In this document: piece by piece, positions 1 through 9,745 of the stretch | How positions within the stretch are numbered: position 1 is the stretch's first letter | Layout of the letters: every line of letters begins with the position of its first letter | From: a virus | Taxonomy: Duplodnaviria > Caudoviricetes | Length of the DNA: 42,260 bases | Virus record (IMG/VR): IMGVR_UViG_3300005805_000161 | Coordinates: 1-42,260 of that record | Reading direction: 5' to 3' (one strand) | Notes under the pieces: generated by a model | Database searches by the model: none | Told to the model about the DNA's origin: nothing | The model's input: only the letters and a program-made list of their open reading frames with translations | Position numbers and translations under genes: made by a program

Positions 1-80
1 GGGCTAGGTCAAATGATGCTGGGCTGACACCCAACAACTTGGTGGCGCAGACTACGGTCGCAAACGTGACCATAAACTAG
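1..80 (+). CDS. 3' end of a truncated hypothetical (probably virion) gene
   Basis: Open frame from base 3 (...ARSNDAGLTPNNLVAQTTVANVTIN) to TAG at 78-80, overlapping the next RBS (AGGAG). Confidence 0.55.
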   Translation, partial: ARSNDAGLTPNNLVAQTTVANVTIN

Positions 81-89
81 GAGTGAAAA

Positions 90-239
90 ATGGAACGTAA
101 GGATGTCAAAAAGATCGCGTCTCAGGAGGTCAAAGCCCACGAGAAGCGTATGCACAAAGGCATGAAAAAGGGTGGCGTAACTACGTCCGATCTGAAAAAA
201 TACGGTCGGAACATGGCCCGCATCAAGAACCAAGGCTAA
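90..239 (+). CDS. small basic hypothetical protein (49 aa)
   Basis: AGGAG RBS and ATG at 90; MERKDVKKIASQEVKAHEKRMHKGMKKGG...; below the ORF-track cutoff, translated by hand. Confidence 0.75.
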   Translation: MERKDVKKIASQEVKAHEKRMHKGMKKGGVTTSDLKKYGRNMARIKNQG

Positions 240-248
240 GGAGCTGTC

Positions 249-524
249 ATGGCAAAGTATTCTATGAAGAAAGGCGGCAAGGAAGTTGGACCTGCCTCTG
301 TATACGCAGCTCCACATACCATGACTGGCAAGCCAGTAGTTGCCAAGCTTAAGAAAATGGAAGATCCGAACAACATCGCTGTGGACAAGCTTGGGCCAAG
401 AACGGCTGTGCAGCGCGTGTCTGCCGGCGATCCTGGCCGTGAGGACACGAAGACTACCGGTATCAAGATTCGTGGCACTGGCGCAGCTACCAAGGGTGTT
501 ATGGCTAGGGGGCCGATGGCATGA
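249..524 (+). CDS. small basic phage hypothetical protein
   Basis: AAGGAG RBS; Lys/Gly-rich ending IKIRGTGAATKG; ATGA overlap with the next gene. Confidence 0.8.
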   Translation: MAKYSMKKGGKEVGPASVYAAPHTMTGKPVVAKLKKMEDPNNIAVDKLGPRTAVQRVSAGDPGREDTKTTGIKIRGTGAATKGVMARGPMA

Positions 525-1204
525 CGTACACGGAGCTGGTTGCGGCTATCCAGTCGTACACGGAAAACTACGAACAGGAGTTTGTCTCCTACATTCCGAC
601 GTTCATCCGTCAGACGGAAACTCGCGTCTATAACACCGTCCAGCTCCCGTCCCTGCGTGCCAATAAGACTGGAGTCCTGTCTTCTGGCAATAAGTATCTA
701 TCTGCGCCAGGAGATTTCTTGGCGGTGTATTCTCTTGCAGTGATACAGAACTATGGAACCTCGAATGAGGTGTTCCATTACCTGCTGAACAAGGATGTTA
801 ACTACATCAGGGAAGCATATCCAACCCCTGCGGATACAGGGTTGCCTCTGTACTACGCTATTTTCGGGCCATCCGTTTCCGGGAATACGGTAACAGACGA
901 GCTAACTTTTATCTTAGGCCCGACCCCTGATGCCGCATACTATGCGGAGTTGCACTACTACTATTACCCAGAGTCCATAACTACTGCCGCAGATGGCCGC
1001 ACATGGCTCGGTGATAACTACGACCCAGTGCTTTTGTATGGCGCTCTGCGTGAGGCATACCTGTACATGAAGGGTGAGCAGGATTTGATCGCCAACGTTG
1101 AAGCAAAGTACAACGAAGCTATGGGTCAACTGAAGCGTCTGGGAGATGGTATGGAGCGTCAGGACGCATACCGTAGCGGCCAAGTTAGGGTGAAAGTCAC
1201 ATGA
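521..1204 (+). CDS. putative head-tail adaptor / tail tubular protein A-like
   Basis: 227 aa; N-terminal MTYTELVAAI..FIRQTE and C-terminal LLYGALREAY pattern typical of phage adaptors; operon position. Confidence 0.6.
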   Translation: MTYTELVAAIQSYTENYEQEFVSYIPTFIRQTETRVYNTVQLPSLRANKTGVLSSGNKYLSAPGDFLAVYSLAVIQNYGTSNEVFHYLLNKDVNYIREAYPTPADTGLPLYYAIFGPSVSGNTVTDELTFILGPTPDAAYYAELHYYYYPESITTAADGRTWLGDNYDPVLLYGALREAYLYMKGEQDLIANVEAKYNEAMGQLKRLGDGMERQDAYRSGQVRVKVT

Positions 1205-1626
1205 CGATTTACCAAGGTTTGACTACTAGCTTCAAGGTGGACATCTTGAATGGCCGCCAGAACATTGCGTCGGATTCGTTGAAGATGGCTTTGTACAACG
1301 GGTATGCTGATCTAAACGAGGGTACGGCGGCATACACCACGACCAATGAAATATCTGGCACTGGTTATTCCGCAGGTGGAAACACGCTGGCGAACGTGAC
1401 CATCAACTCAACAAGTAACGGTATTGTCTATGTAAGTTTTGACAATGTTGTTTGGAATCCGGCACAGTTTACGGCGCGAGGTGCGTTGATTTACAACTCA
1501 ACCAGAAGCAATGCGTCTATAGCGACGCTAGATTTTGGTTCTGATAAAACTCAGTCTGGGAATAATACATTTACCGTGACGCTGCCGCCTGATACGCCAT
1601 CAAGTGCGCTGATTCGAATTAACTAA
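1201..1626 (+). CDS. putative tail/virion structural protein
   Basis: 141 aa, beta-rich, with the NEISGTGYSAGG..ARGALIYN..LDFG pattern seen in phage tail regions. Confidence 0.7.
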   Translation: MTIYQGLTTSFKVDILNGRQNIASDSLKMALYNGYADLNEGTAAYTTTNEISGTGYSAGGNTLANVTINSTSNGIVYVSFDNVVWNPAQFTARGALIYNSTRSNASIATLDFGSDKTQSGNNTFTVTLPPDTPSSALIRIN

Positions 1627-1635
1627 GGAGTCATC

Positions 1636-2214
1636 ATGGATTTTCAAAATCGTTCCAAGTCCAGCGATAACGTCGGCGGAAACGTTGAGCGTGCTGGTAA
1701 TAATACCGATGGCTTGACTGCCGGCGGTGTCTTTACTGTCGAGTGCTTCGACCAAGAGGGCAACGCAAAGTGGGTAGACATCATGCCAAACTTGGTTGTC
1801 AACACTGGTCTTCAGGACATGAACACTAGGTACTTCACTGGCAGCGGTTACACGGCGGCTTGGTTTATTGGTCTAGTAAATGATGTGGCTGCAAACGTGA
1901 CATATTCTGGCGGTGATACTTTGGCTGTACATCCAGGTTGGACTGAAAACACTGGCTATACCGGGAATCGAAAGGCAGCCACTTTTGGCTCGGCCACGTT
2001 GGCGGACCCGTCAAATATTAACAACAGCTCATCTACAGCAACATTTACGATGAACGCAAACGCAACTATTTGCGGAGCTTTCTTAGCAAATGTTGCTACT
2101 GGGACTTCCGGTCTTTTGTTTTCCGTTGCCAATTTTCAGTCCCCAGGAAACAGAACTGTTGTTAGCGGTGACGTTCTGAGCATTACCTACTCCTTCAACC
2201 TTGACGCCGCCTAA
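1636..2214 (+). CDS. putative tail/virion structural protein
   Basis: AAGGAG RBS; 192 aa, Asn/Thr/Gly-rich; NLVVNTG and GDVLSITY motifs. Confidence 0.7.
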   Translation: MDFQNRSKSSDNVGGNVERAGNNTDGLTAGGVFTVECFDQEGNAKWVDIMPNLVVNTGLQDMNTRYFTGSGYTAAWFIGLVNDVAANVTYSGGDTLAVHPGWTENTGYTGNRKAATFGSATLADPSNINNSSSTATFTMNANATICGAFLANVATGTSGLLFSVANFQSPGNRTVVSGDVLSITYSFNLDAA

Positions 2215-2225
2215 AGGGGAAATTC

Positions 2226-2405
2226 ATGACAGCTTTCAAAAAAGGTGATGTTGTAAAGGTGAAGGTGGTTGTTCCTCAAGGGCCGGTTACAAAGTTGCGC
2301 ATGGATGAGGATGGAACAATTTGGTATTTGGTTGAATGGCTAAACGGTGATGGGACTGTAGTTGAGCGCTGGTTCACAGAAGATCAAATTGAAACTGCGG
2401 GGTAA
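2226..2405 (+). CDS. small SH3-like/YodC-like hypothetical protein (59 aa)
   Basis: Hand-translated MTAFKKGDVVKV...VERWFTEDQIE; AAGGGG RBS; fills the gap between neighbours. Confidence 0.7.
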   Translation: MTAFKKGDVVKVKVVVPQGPVTKLRMDEDGTIWYLVEWLNGDGTVVERWFTEDQIETAG

Positions 2406-2408
2406 ATT

Positions 2409-3254
2409 GTGGCAGATGGAGGCTGGAGTTCTGGCACTTGGGGGCAAGCAGGCTGGGGACTTTCTGTCTACGACCGGTCTACCTCGGACACTGCCGCAGC
2501 TTCTGACGCGCCAAGATCCTCGGTAGTATTGCAGGCATCAACAAGTGATAATGCATCTGCCGCAGAAACATTTAGTTATTTTGTAATTGTATCAAGAAGT
2601 GTTTCTGAATCATCTGTAGCACAAGACAGTTTTGTTGCTAATGTTACTTTTGGCTGTGTTGTTTCAGAGGTATCGTCTTTGGCAGATGTTGTATCTGCCG
2701 CAGGAACCGAAGAAGCTGATGTGCATGAGGACGCTGCGGCAATAAGTATAGTTTCTACCAATATCAGCGTCTTTAGTTCTGTAGAAGAGAGCGCTCAGGC
2801 TAGTGATGAAACTAGGGCTGGGCAGGTAGCAAATAGGTCGATTGCAGAGACAAGTTCTATTTCTGATGTTGACAGTGGATTAGTTACATTTGCAACGTCT
2901 GTTGTTGAAACATGTTCCGCAAGTGATATTGAGTCCGCGCTTGCTTCGTTCAACGGGCAAATAGATGAAACTGTATATGCTGAAGATCAGCAGTCTTGTT
3001 TAGCGAATTTTGCTACATCTGTTGTTGAAGAAGTTGCTTCTCAAGATTCACCAAGTGCTCTTGCTACATTTTTCTCATCTGTTGTTGAAAATGCTAATGC
3101 TTCAGATGCGGCATTCAGGAGATTCTTGTGGGAACTTATTGACGATGAGGAAGTGGCAAACTGGACAAACATATCTGCAAACTCTAATGTTTCTTGGAGT
3201 TTGATAAACGCAGACCAAGAAGCAACATGGCAAAGTATTAACACGAATGTGTAA
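2409..3254 (+). CDS. acidic Ser/Ala-rich repetitive virion protein
   Basis: 281 aa; N-terminal GGWSSGTWGQAGWG; degenerate ~20-aa repeats such as FATSVVE..ASD. Confidence 0.75.
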   Translation: MADGGWSSGTWGQAGWGLSVYDRSTSDTAAASDAPRSSVVLQASTSDNASAAETFSYFVIVSRSVSESSVAQDSFVANVTFGCVVSEVSSLADVVSAAGTEEADVHEDAAAISIVSTNISVFSSVEESAQASDETRAGQVANRSIAETSSISDVDSGLVTFATSVVETCSASDIESALASFNGQIDETVYAEDQQSCLANFATSVVEEVASQDSPSALATFFSSVVENANASDAAFRRFLWELIDDEEVANWTNISANSNVSWSLINADQEATWQSINTNV

Positions 3255-3263
3255 GGACATATC

Positions 3264-4238
3264 ATGGCAAGCACATATTCCCAGCTAAAGATTGAGCTTA
3301 TTGGTACTGGAGACCAGGCTGGCACTTGGGGTAACACAACAAACGTTAACCTTGGGACTGCGATTGAAGAGGCGATTACTGGGTCGGCAAACGTAACATT
3401 TGCCAGCTCAAATGCTGCTATCGCTCTCACAGACTCAAACCTTACGCAAACAGCGCGAAACCTGCGACTCAATCTTGTGGGGACAATTACAAACATTCAG
3501 ACTCTGTTTGTTCCTGCGATAGAAAAGCAGTACATCATAAGCAACACCTTATCGAACTCAGTAAGAATTTCGAACGGGTCAAATGCTTCGCCATCTGGAA
3601 CGGCATTTACCATCCCGGCTGGCAGAACTTCCATCGTTTTTAACGACGGAACAAACATCAATGATGTTGTTACTTATGTTTCATCTCTTGCGAACCTAAG
3701 TATCAGCGGCGCAAGTATCAACAACAGCACGTCAAATGCCTCTACGTTTAGCAACGTAAGCATCATCAGCGGCACCATCAATAACATAACATCTAACGCT
3801 TCTACATTTACTAATGCAACAATTACAACGGCAACGGTAAACGGCGGGACGTCAAATGGAGTTTCTTCTAGCAACGTAATCATCAACAGTGGAACTGTTG
3901 GCAACGTTACGGTTAATGCGTATACAGAAGGCATTACTACTGGTTATGTGAATACTGGCAGTGCTTACACTATCAATATTGCAAACAGCACAATCATTAC
4001 TGCCAATCTTTCTGCTACTTGTACGTTTACGATGCCTTCTAATACGGCAGGCAAGTCATTTATTTTGTTCCTAAAGACAGGGGCGGGAACCAACACAGCA
4101 ACGTTTACAGGTGTGAAATGGGTTGGTAATACTGCTCCCACTATTACCACCACAGCAAACCGCATGGACATTCTGACGTTTACCGCAGATGGCACAAACT
4201 GGTACGGCAACTATGCCCAGAACTACAATCCAAACTGA
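3264..4238 (+). CDS. putative tail fibre / fibre-associated protein
   Basis: MASTYS..IGTGDQAGTWG N-terminus; Asn/Thr repeats; C-terminal VKW...APTITT..MDILTF..DGTNWYG domain. Confidence 0.7.
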   Translation: MASTYSQLKIELIGTGDQAGTWGNTTNVNLGTAIEEAITGSANVTFASSNAAIALTDSNLTQTARNLRLNLVGTITNIQTLFVPAIEKQYIISNTLSNSVRISNGSNASPSGTAFTIPAGRTSIVFNDGTNINDVVTYVSSLANLSISGASINNSTSNASTFSNVSIISGTINNITSNASTFTNATITTATVNGGTSNGVSSSNVIINSGTVGNVTVNAYTEGITTGYVNTGSAYTINIANSTIITANLSATCTFTMPSNTAGKSFILFLKTGAGTNTATFTGVKWVGNTAPTITTTANRMDILTFTADGTNWYGNYAQNYNPN

Positions 4239-4247
4239 GGTTAAGTA

Positions 4248-5894
4248 ATGTTTGCTTACACCAAGATAATGCAAGCGCTTTCCGGTGTTTCGGTTGGCAG
4301 CCTATCTATTACGCAAATTTTTACATCATCAAGCACTTGGATTTGCCCATCTGGAGTTACAACTGTCGATTATCTTGTCGTTGGGGGCGGCGGGTCTGGC
4401 GGTAGTAATTCTTCTGCTCCAGCAAACATAATCGCTGGAGCTGGTGGTGCTGGCGGGTTTCGAATTGGAACAAATTTTTCTGTTACTCCAGGACAAAGTT
4501 ATCTAATTACTGTTGGTGCTGGTGGTGCCGGTGGATTAGCAACACCCGGGAATAATGGTGCCAATTCTTCTTTTTCTACAATAACTTCAACTGGCGGTGG
4601 AGGTGGAGCTGGAGGAACTGGGCCAGGAACTCCGGCGCGAGTTGGTGGTTCTGGTGGTGGAGGCAGCGTAGGATTTTCATCTGGGTTTTTACCAGGAGCA
4701 AATGGAAATACGCCAGCACAAACTTCAGACGGTGGGTATGATGCTCCAGCTTCGCCGGCACAAGGAAGCAATGGTGGAAATGCTGCGCCAGGAGTGTCGC
4801 CTGGCGCAGGCAGGGCTAGTGGTGGCGGCGGCGGATCTGGTTTTAAAGGGCTAGATGGTTCTCCCGGCCAATCAGGAAATGGAGGAAACGGAACCACTAC
4901 TACAATTTCTGGCGTTTCAGTTTCCTATTCTGGAGGAGGTGGTGGTGGTGGTGGGCCTGGCGCAATTCTTGGAATAAAAGGATTGGGCGGTGGAGGTAAC
5001 GGCGGAAGACCAACAACTGGCAATGCGGCAGAAAATGGGGTTGCCAATTCTGGCGGCGGCGGTGGTGGTGCAGGTGGGCCTATTTCTACCAATTCTGGAA
5101 GTGGTGGAAGTGGAATAGTAATTCTTAAATACACCATTCAAAACCCAACTTTTGTTGAATTTTTCGCATCAACAGATTTTGTTATACCGACTGGCGTGAC
5201 CGCGATAGATTATTTGATAATTGGTGGCGGAGGTGGTGGCGGAGCTGGCATAAGAGGTGTTGGTGGTGGTGGCGGTGGTGGATTTTTAGTTGGAACGTCA
5301 TATCCAGTAACGGCTGGTAGCAATTATGTGATTACCGTGGGTGGCGGAGGAGCGGCGGCCACAAGAGGTGGAAATTCTTCGTTCGGCCCAGCATTAAATT
5401 CTGTTGGCGGTGGATTTGGATCGCCTGGATCAGTTGTGGCTGGCAACGGTGGTTCTGGCGGTGGTGGTTCTGGCGGTGGTCCGGCAGCAATTACTGGCGG
5501 AAACGGAACTGTAAATCAAGGAAATAATGGCGGTGCCGGGTTTTCAGTTGCTGCTCCTGCTCAAGCCAATTCTGGTGGCGGCGGTGGCGGTGGGGCAGGA
5601 CAAATTGGTTTTTCTGCACCTGGGGCAACATCCGTAGCAGGAAATGGCGGCGCAGGCTCTGCCTCATCTATTACGGGAATTTCTATAACCTACGCAGCGG
5701 GCGGAGGAGGTTCAACTAATTCTGTTGGAACTAATGGAGTTGGCGGATCAAGTCCTATTGGGGGTAATGGAGGAAGACCAGCTGGAGAAAACGGCAGCGG
5801 AGGAAGAGGAGGAGGCGGTGGTGGCGGGGCAGCACCTGCCGGTGCAATTGGCGGATCAGGCGGATCTGGGATAGTGATTATTAAATTTCGTTGA
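4248..5894 (+). CDS. glycine-rich domain protein with two tandem copies (putative tail/fibre protein)
   Basis: Duplicated module W/F..P.GVT..DYL..GGGG...GSGIVI(L/I)K(Y/F). Confidence 0.85.
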   Translation: MFAYTKIMQALSGVSVGSLSITQIFTSSSTWICPSGVTTVDYLVVGGGGSGGSNSSAPANIIAGAGGAGGFRIGTNFSVTPGQSYLITVGAGGAGGLATPGNNGANSSFSTITSTGGGGGAGGTGPGTPARVGGSGGGGSVGFSSGFLPGANGNTPAQTSDGGYDAPASPAQGSNGGNAAPGVSPGAGRASGGGGGSGFKGLDGSPGQSGNGGNGTTTTISGVSVSYSGGGGGGGGPGAILGIKGLGGGGNGGRPTTGNAAENGVANSGGGGGGAGGPISTNSGSGGSGIVILKYTIQNPTFVEFFASTDFVIPTGVTAIDYLIIGGGGGGGAGIRGVGGGGGGGFLVGTSYPVTAGSNYVITVGGGGAAATRGGNSSFGPALNSVGGGFGSPGSVVAGNGGSGGGGSGGGPAAITGGNGTVNQGNNGGAGFSVAAPAQANSGGGGGGGAGQIGFSAPGATSVAGNGGAGSASSITGISITYAAGGGGSTNSVGTNGVGGSSPIGGNGGRPAGENGSGGRGGGGGGGAAPAGAIGGSGGSGIVIIKFR

Positions 5895-5903
5895 GGAGGG
5901 TAA

Positions 5904-6158
5904 ATGGAGAACAAAATTTATAGATTATATGGAATTGATACAGCCATGCACTTGCTGCGCCCTGAAGCTAGATGGGAAATCAATAACAACAAAATTACGT
6001 TATGGGATGATCCTAGGCCATGCCCAACATGGGAAGAAATTGAGTACACCATGGAAAAAATATTGGAATTCGAAAATTGCATACCAACAATTTGGACTGA
6101 CGATCAAATAAAAAAAATGCAAAAAGATAAAGAAAGAATTGAAAAGGCCATTTCATGA
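5904..6158 (+). CDS. XkdW-like phage tail-associated small protein
   Basis: GAGG RBS; LRPEARWEI...WDDPRPCPTWEE motif; follows a fibre-like gene. Confidence 0.6.
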   Translation: MENKIYRLYGIDTAMHLLRPEARWEINNNKITLWDDPRPCPTWEEIEYTMEKILEFENCIPTIWTDDQIKKMQKDKERIEKAIS

Positions 6159-6754
6159 ATGTGCATAATCTTTTTCCAACGCCTGTTGCTTTTTTTAATT
6201 TCGGAAGAAATCTTACTGAAAAAGAATTTTTATTTATAAAAAATCTTGAAAGAAAAAACAATCATGGGAATTTTACAAGCGTAATATCTGATATTTTTGA
6301 CAATGAAGAAATGCAGGATATTTTTGCATTTGTAAAAGAAAAATTAAAATTTTATTTTCAGGACATTTATAGCCCAGCTAACGAAGTTGATGCGTACGTT
6401 ACACAATCATGGGCAAATTACACACAGAATGGTCAGCATCATCATAAACATCGGCATCCAAATAGTTTTATCTCTGGTGTTTTTTATGTAAGCGCCAACA
6501 AGGAAAAAGACAGAATAAAATTTTTTACGCACCGCGACCCGCAAATAGAAATTCCAACCAACAACTACAATCAGTACAACTCTGAATCTTGGTGGTTGAG
6601 TGTTAGTTCTGGAGAACTTGTTTTGTTTCCATCCACCCTTTGGCACATGGTAGACACGGTAGATTCAGATGAAGAAAGAATTAGTATTGCTTTTAATACG
6701 TTTTTGAAAGGGTATATTGGCGACAAAGAATCTATGACAGGACTTTGTTTATGA
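6155..6754 (+). CDS. putative 2OG-Fe(II) oxygenase (TIGR02466-like)
   Basis: QSWAN..HHKHRHPNSFISGVFY..LFPSTLWHMV..ERISIAFN signature. Confidence 0.88.
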   Translation: MNVHNLFPTPVAFFNFGRNLTEKEFLFIKNLERKNNHGNFTSVISDIFDNEEMQDIFAFVKEKLKFYFQDIYSPANEVDAYVTQSWANYTQNGQHHHKHRHPNSFISGVFYVSANKEKDRIKFFTHRDPQIEIPTNNYNQYNSESWWLSVSSGELVLFPSTLWHMVDTVDSDEERISIAFNTFLKGYIGDKESMTGLCL

Positions 6755-7326
6755 AAATCAGTGATAGTGTAAAGTCTTATGTTTCTATATACAAAAATTT
6801 TATACCTAAAGACTTGTTAAAAAATACTTTGATTTGTTTGGATGATGCAAATTGGGATATACATACTTATTATGATCCATCAACTGGAAACACGAGATCA
6901 AATTCTTATGACCTATCTGTAAGTTCGTCAAATGTGTATGGCAAGCAGCAAATACAAGACAGTTTTTGGCACGCTATTAATAAATATATTTCAGAGGATC
7001 ACAAAGAACTTAATTTATGGTTCAGCTCGTGGAATGGTTATTCAGAATTACGGTTTAACAAATATGTTGCAGGAACATCGATGGATATTCATTGCGATCA
7101 TATACAAAGTATGTTTGACGGGAAAAGAAAAGGAATACCAATCCTTACTATTCTTGGCGCTTTAAATGATGAATATGAGGGCGGAGAGTTTGTAATGTGG
7201 GGCGATGAAGTAATAGATTTTCCGGCAGGGGCTGTTATGGTTTTTCCAAGTAATTTTTTGTACCCGCATCAAGTGAAGTCGGTTATTTCTGGCGTTAGAT
7301 ACAGTTGTGTATCTTGGGTTTGGTAA
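6751..7326 (+). CDS. 2OG-Fe(II) oxygenase, prolyl-4-hydroxylase-like
   Basis: HCD..LNDEYEGGEF..FPSNFLYPHQVKSVISGVRYS; start placed at ATG 6751 (ATGA overlap). Confidence 0.88.
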   Translation: MKISDSVKSYVSIYKNFIPKDLLKNTLICLDDANWDIHTYYDPSTGNTRSNSYDLSVSSSNVYGKQQIQDSFWHAINKYISEDHKELNLWFSSWNGYSELRFNKYVAGTSMDIHCDHIQSMFDGKRKGIPILTILGALNDEYEGGEFVMWGDEVIDFPAGAVMVFPSNFLYPHQVKSVISGVRYSCVSWVW

Positions 7327-7338
7327 CAGGAGAAAGTG

Positions 7339-7710
7339 ATGGCGCATTTTGCACAACTTGATGAAAACAATGTTGTTGTTAATGTGGTTGTTATAAGCAA
7401 CAGAGATACCTCTGACGCGAGCGGCGAGGAAAGGGAATACATAGGCGCATCATATTGCGAAAAACTGTTTGGCGGGCGTTGGGTTCAAACCAGTTATAAC
7501 AAAACATTTCGCAAGAATTACGCTGGTGTTGGTTATACATACGACGAGCAGCTTGATGCTTTTATTCCGCCAAAACCTTTTCCAAGCTGGGTATTAAACC
7601 AAGATACTTTTTCTTGGGATCCGCCTATACCTTACTTGCCGCCTGATGAAAATGTGCAACATAGATGGGATGAGCCTACTTTGTCTTGGGTTGTGGTTTC
7701 TCAAGAGTAA
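7339..7710 (+). CDS. conserved phage tail-region hypothetical protein
   Basis: MAHFAQLDENNVV..WVQTSYN..FRKNYAGVGYTYD..DAFIPPKPFPSW; AGGAG RBS. Confidence 0.8.
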   Translation: MAHFAQLDENNVVVNVVVISNRDTSDASGEEREYIGASYCEKLFGGRWVQTSYNKTFRKNYAGVGYTYDEQLDAFIPPKPFPSWVLNQDTFSWDPPIPYLPPDENVQHRWDEPTLSWVVVSQE

Positions 7711-7727
7711 ATAGCTTTTGACACGAT

Positions 7728-8432
7728 GTGGATCCCCTGACTATTGCTGCGTGTTTCAAGGCCGCAACTACAGCGATCGACCTCGCCAAGCAAGGGATAA
7801 AGTTTTACAAGGATGTAAAGGGAACGGCCGGCGAGGTCGGCGGAATACTGAAGGATTTGAGGGATCAATATCACAGGCTTGTTGATCCGACCCCAGAGCA
7901 GACGAAGCAGTTCAACGAAGAAGTAAAGCGGGTGCAGGAGGTAGGGAAGACCCACCCGCAGGATGCACTGAACAACATCTGGGATCAGTTAGGTGTGTTC
8001 ATAGATGAGTATGACAAGCTGGCCAAGGCTTTTATAGAAGAAGAAGCTAATGCCAGGAAGCTGTACAAGGGGGACGAATCACTAGCCCGACGGGCGCTGC
8101 GCAGGATACAGATTAGGACGCAGTTAGATTCTATGCTCTCAGAGGTACGCGAGATGATGGTGTACCAGACGCCGCCAGAGTTATCTAACGTGTACACACG
8201 GTGGGAGAAAGCTTGGCAGGAGATAGTGCAAGAGCAAAATGCTGCTCTGGCTGACGAACTGAGGAAGAATCAGATTGCATCATGGCGACGCAGAAGGGCG
8301 GTAAACCAGATAAAAAATCTGGCAACTTGGATTGGGGCAATCCTCTTCGTGGGAGTATGGATGTGGGCCGTCCTAATACTGATAAGGATGAGTCACACGT
8401 ATCGGTCATTATCATCATATGTCTGGCAATAA
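7728..8432 (+). CDS. coiled-coil protein with C-terminal TM segment (lysis-module associated)
   Basis: 234 aa, helical, with C-terminal hydrophobic stretch WIGAILFVGVWMWAVLILI. Confidence 0.75.
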   Translation: MDPLTIAACFKAATTAIDLAKQGIKFYKDVKGTAGEVGGILKDLRDQYHRLVDPTPEQTKQFNEEVKRVQEVGKTHPQDALNNIWDQLGVFIDEYDKLAKAFIEEEANARKLYKGDESLARRALRRIQIRTQLDSMLSEVREMMVYQTPPELSNVYTRWEKAWQEIVQEQNAALADELRKNQIASWRRRRAVNQIKNLATWIGAILFVGVWMWAVLILIRMSHTYRSLSSYVWQ

Positions 8433-8575
8433 TGGCTTTGACCTTTGTAGTAGCAATACCGTTGATTGGGATAGCGCTGATGGATGCGCACAATGCGACG
8501 ACGGTAGCGGTGGAAGAAATAAAGAAAATGCGTGAGCTACGGCTCAAGATGATGTTGATGATGCAGGGGGACTGA
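8357..8575 (+). CDS. small membrane protein overlapping the previous gene
   Basis: GGGAG RBS before ATG 8357; long hydrophobic segment; stop abuts the next ATG. Confidence 0.55.
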   Translation: MDVGRPNTDKDESHVSVIIIICLAIMALTFVVAIPLIGIALMDAHNATTVAVEEIKKMRELRLKMMLMMQGD

Positions 8576-8576
8576 G

Positions 8577-9074
8577 ATGTTACCTATTGTAGCTGGTATT
8601 GTTTCCAACCTGATCCAGAACGGGATGCACAAGGTTGCAGACCAAGTGATCGAGAAAGGTGTGGATGCGGTTCAGGAAAAGCTTGGGATGGAGCTGAAGC
8701 CTGAAGGAGAAGCCACCCCTGAGTACAACGCCAAGCTGCAAGAAGAGGCTAACCGCCACGCCGAGTTTATGGCGGAGCTGGACGAGAAGTCTACCCAGCG
8801 GGCAACAGACATGCAGATGGAAGCCATGAAATCCACAGACCCCATCATCCGCCGGCATGTATATCTTTACGGCTGGTTCATCACGATTGTCTCGTTCCTG
8901 TACTTCTTCATGGTGTCGTTCATGCCTATCGAGAACAAGAACAGGGACTTCATCAACATCATCCTTGGTTTCCTGATTGGTACGGCTATCAACAGCCTGA
9001 TACGTTTCTGGTACGGATCTTCCAACAAGTCCCAGGAAGACACTGACAAGAAGATGAAGGAGATTGCAAAGTGA
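8577..9074 (+). CDS. putative holin
   Basis: Two TM helices and a FWYGSS C-terminal motif; directly upstream of the endolysin. Confidence 0.6.
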   Translation: MLPIVAGIVSNLIQNGMHKVADQVIEKGVDAVQEKLGMELKPEGEATPEYNAKLQEEANRHAEFMAELDEKSTQRATDMQMEAMKSTDPIIRRHVYLYGWFITIVSFLYFFMVSFMPIENKNRDFINIILGFLIGTAINSLIRFWYGSSNKSQEDTDKKMKEIAK

Positions 9075-9730
9075 ACCCGACTAGCCCGTTGCTGGTTGCG
9101 GCCAAGATCAAGGATCCCGACAAGTGGTTGCAGCCCCTGATTGAGACCTGTGTTGAGTTTGAGATCAACAATGAGCGGCGGGTGGCCGCTTTTCTAGCCC
9201 AGACTTCCCACGAGTCTGGCGGCTACACCATGCTGACGGAGAACCTGAACTACCGGGCTGCCACGCTGGCGGCCTGCTGGCCTAACAGGTTTGCTGAGAT
9301 GGGTCCCAACAAGAAGCCCAAGCGCGATGCCAAAGGTGCGCTGATACCTACCAAGGTGGCGCACTCCATCGCTGGGAAGCCAGAGCTGATAGCTAACTTG
9401 GTCTATAGCTCACGAATGGGTAATGGCCCACCTCAATCGGGCGAGGGTTGGAAGTACCGGGGAAGGGGTGCCAAACAGTTAACTGGCAAGGATAATTACA
9501 AGCGGTGCGGAGAAGCGCTGGGCGTGGACCTAGTGGCCAATCCTGACTTGCTGTTGGAGCCTATATATGCCGCCCGTTCTGCCGGCTGGTTTTGGAAGAC
9601 TAACAACCTATCGCCACTGGCGGATGCTTCTGATATAAAGAGCATGACCAAGAAGATTAACGGGGGCTTTATAGGGCTTGAAGCTCGCCAAGCTTTGTAC
9701 GACAAAATCATGGCTGCAATTGGTAACTGA
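9071..9730 (+). CDS. endolysin, glycoside hydrolase family 19
   Basis: AAFLAQTSHESGG..ENLNY..GWKYRGRGAKQLTGKDNY..SAGWFW..TKKINGG motifs. Confidence 0.93.
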   Translation: MNPTSPLLVAAKIKDPDKWLQPLIETCVEFEINNERRVAAFLAQTSHESGGYTMLTENLNYRAATLAACWPNRFAEMGPNKKPKRDAKGALIPTKVAHSIAGKPELIANLVYSSRMGNGPPQSGEGWKYRGRGAKQLTGKDNYKRCGEALGVDLVANPDLLLEPIYAARSAGWFWKTNNLSPLADASDIKSMTKKINGGFIGLEARQALYDKIMAAIGN

Positions 9731-9745
9731 AATAGGTGAACAAAA

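Noticed and set aside
4380-5880. GGY-rich tracts as a second pentamer array
   Set aside because: The periodicity is 3 nt and in frame, i.e. glycine codons.
3264-5894. Diversity-generating retroelement acting on the fibre genes
   Set aside because: No reverse transcriptase or TR/VR pair was seen in the window.
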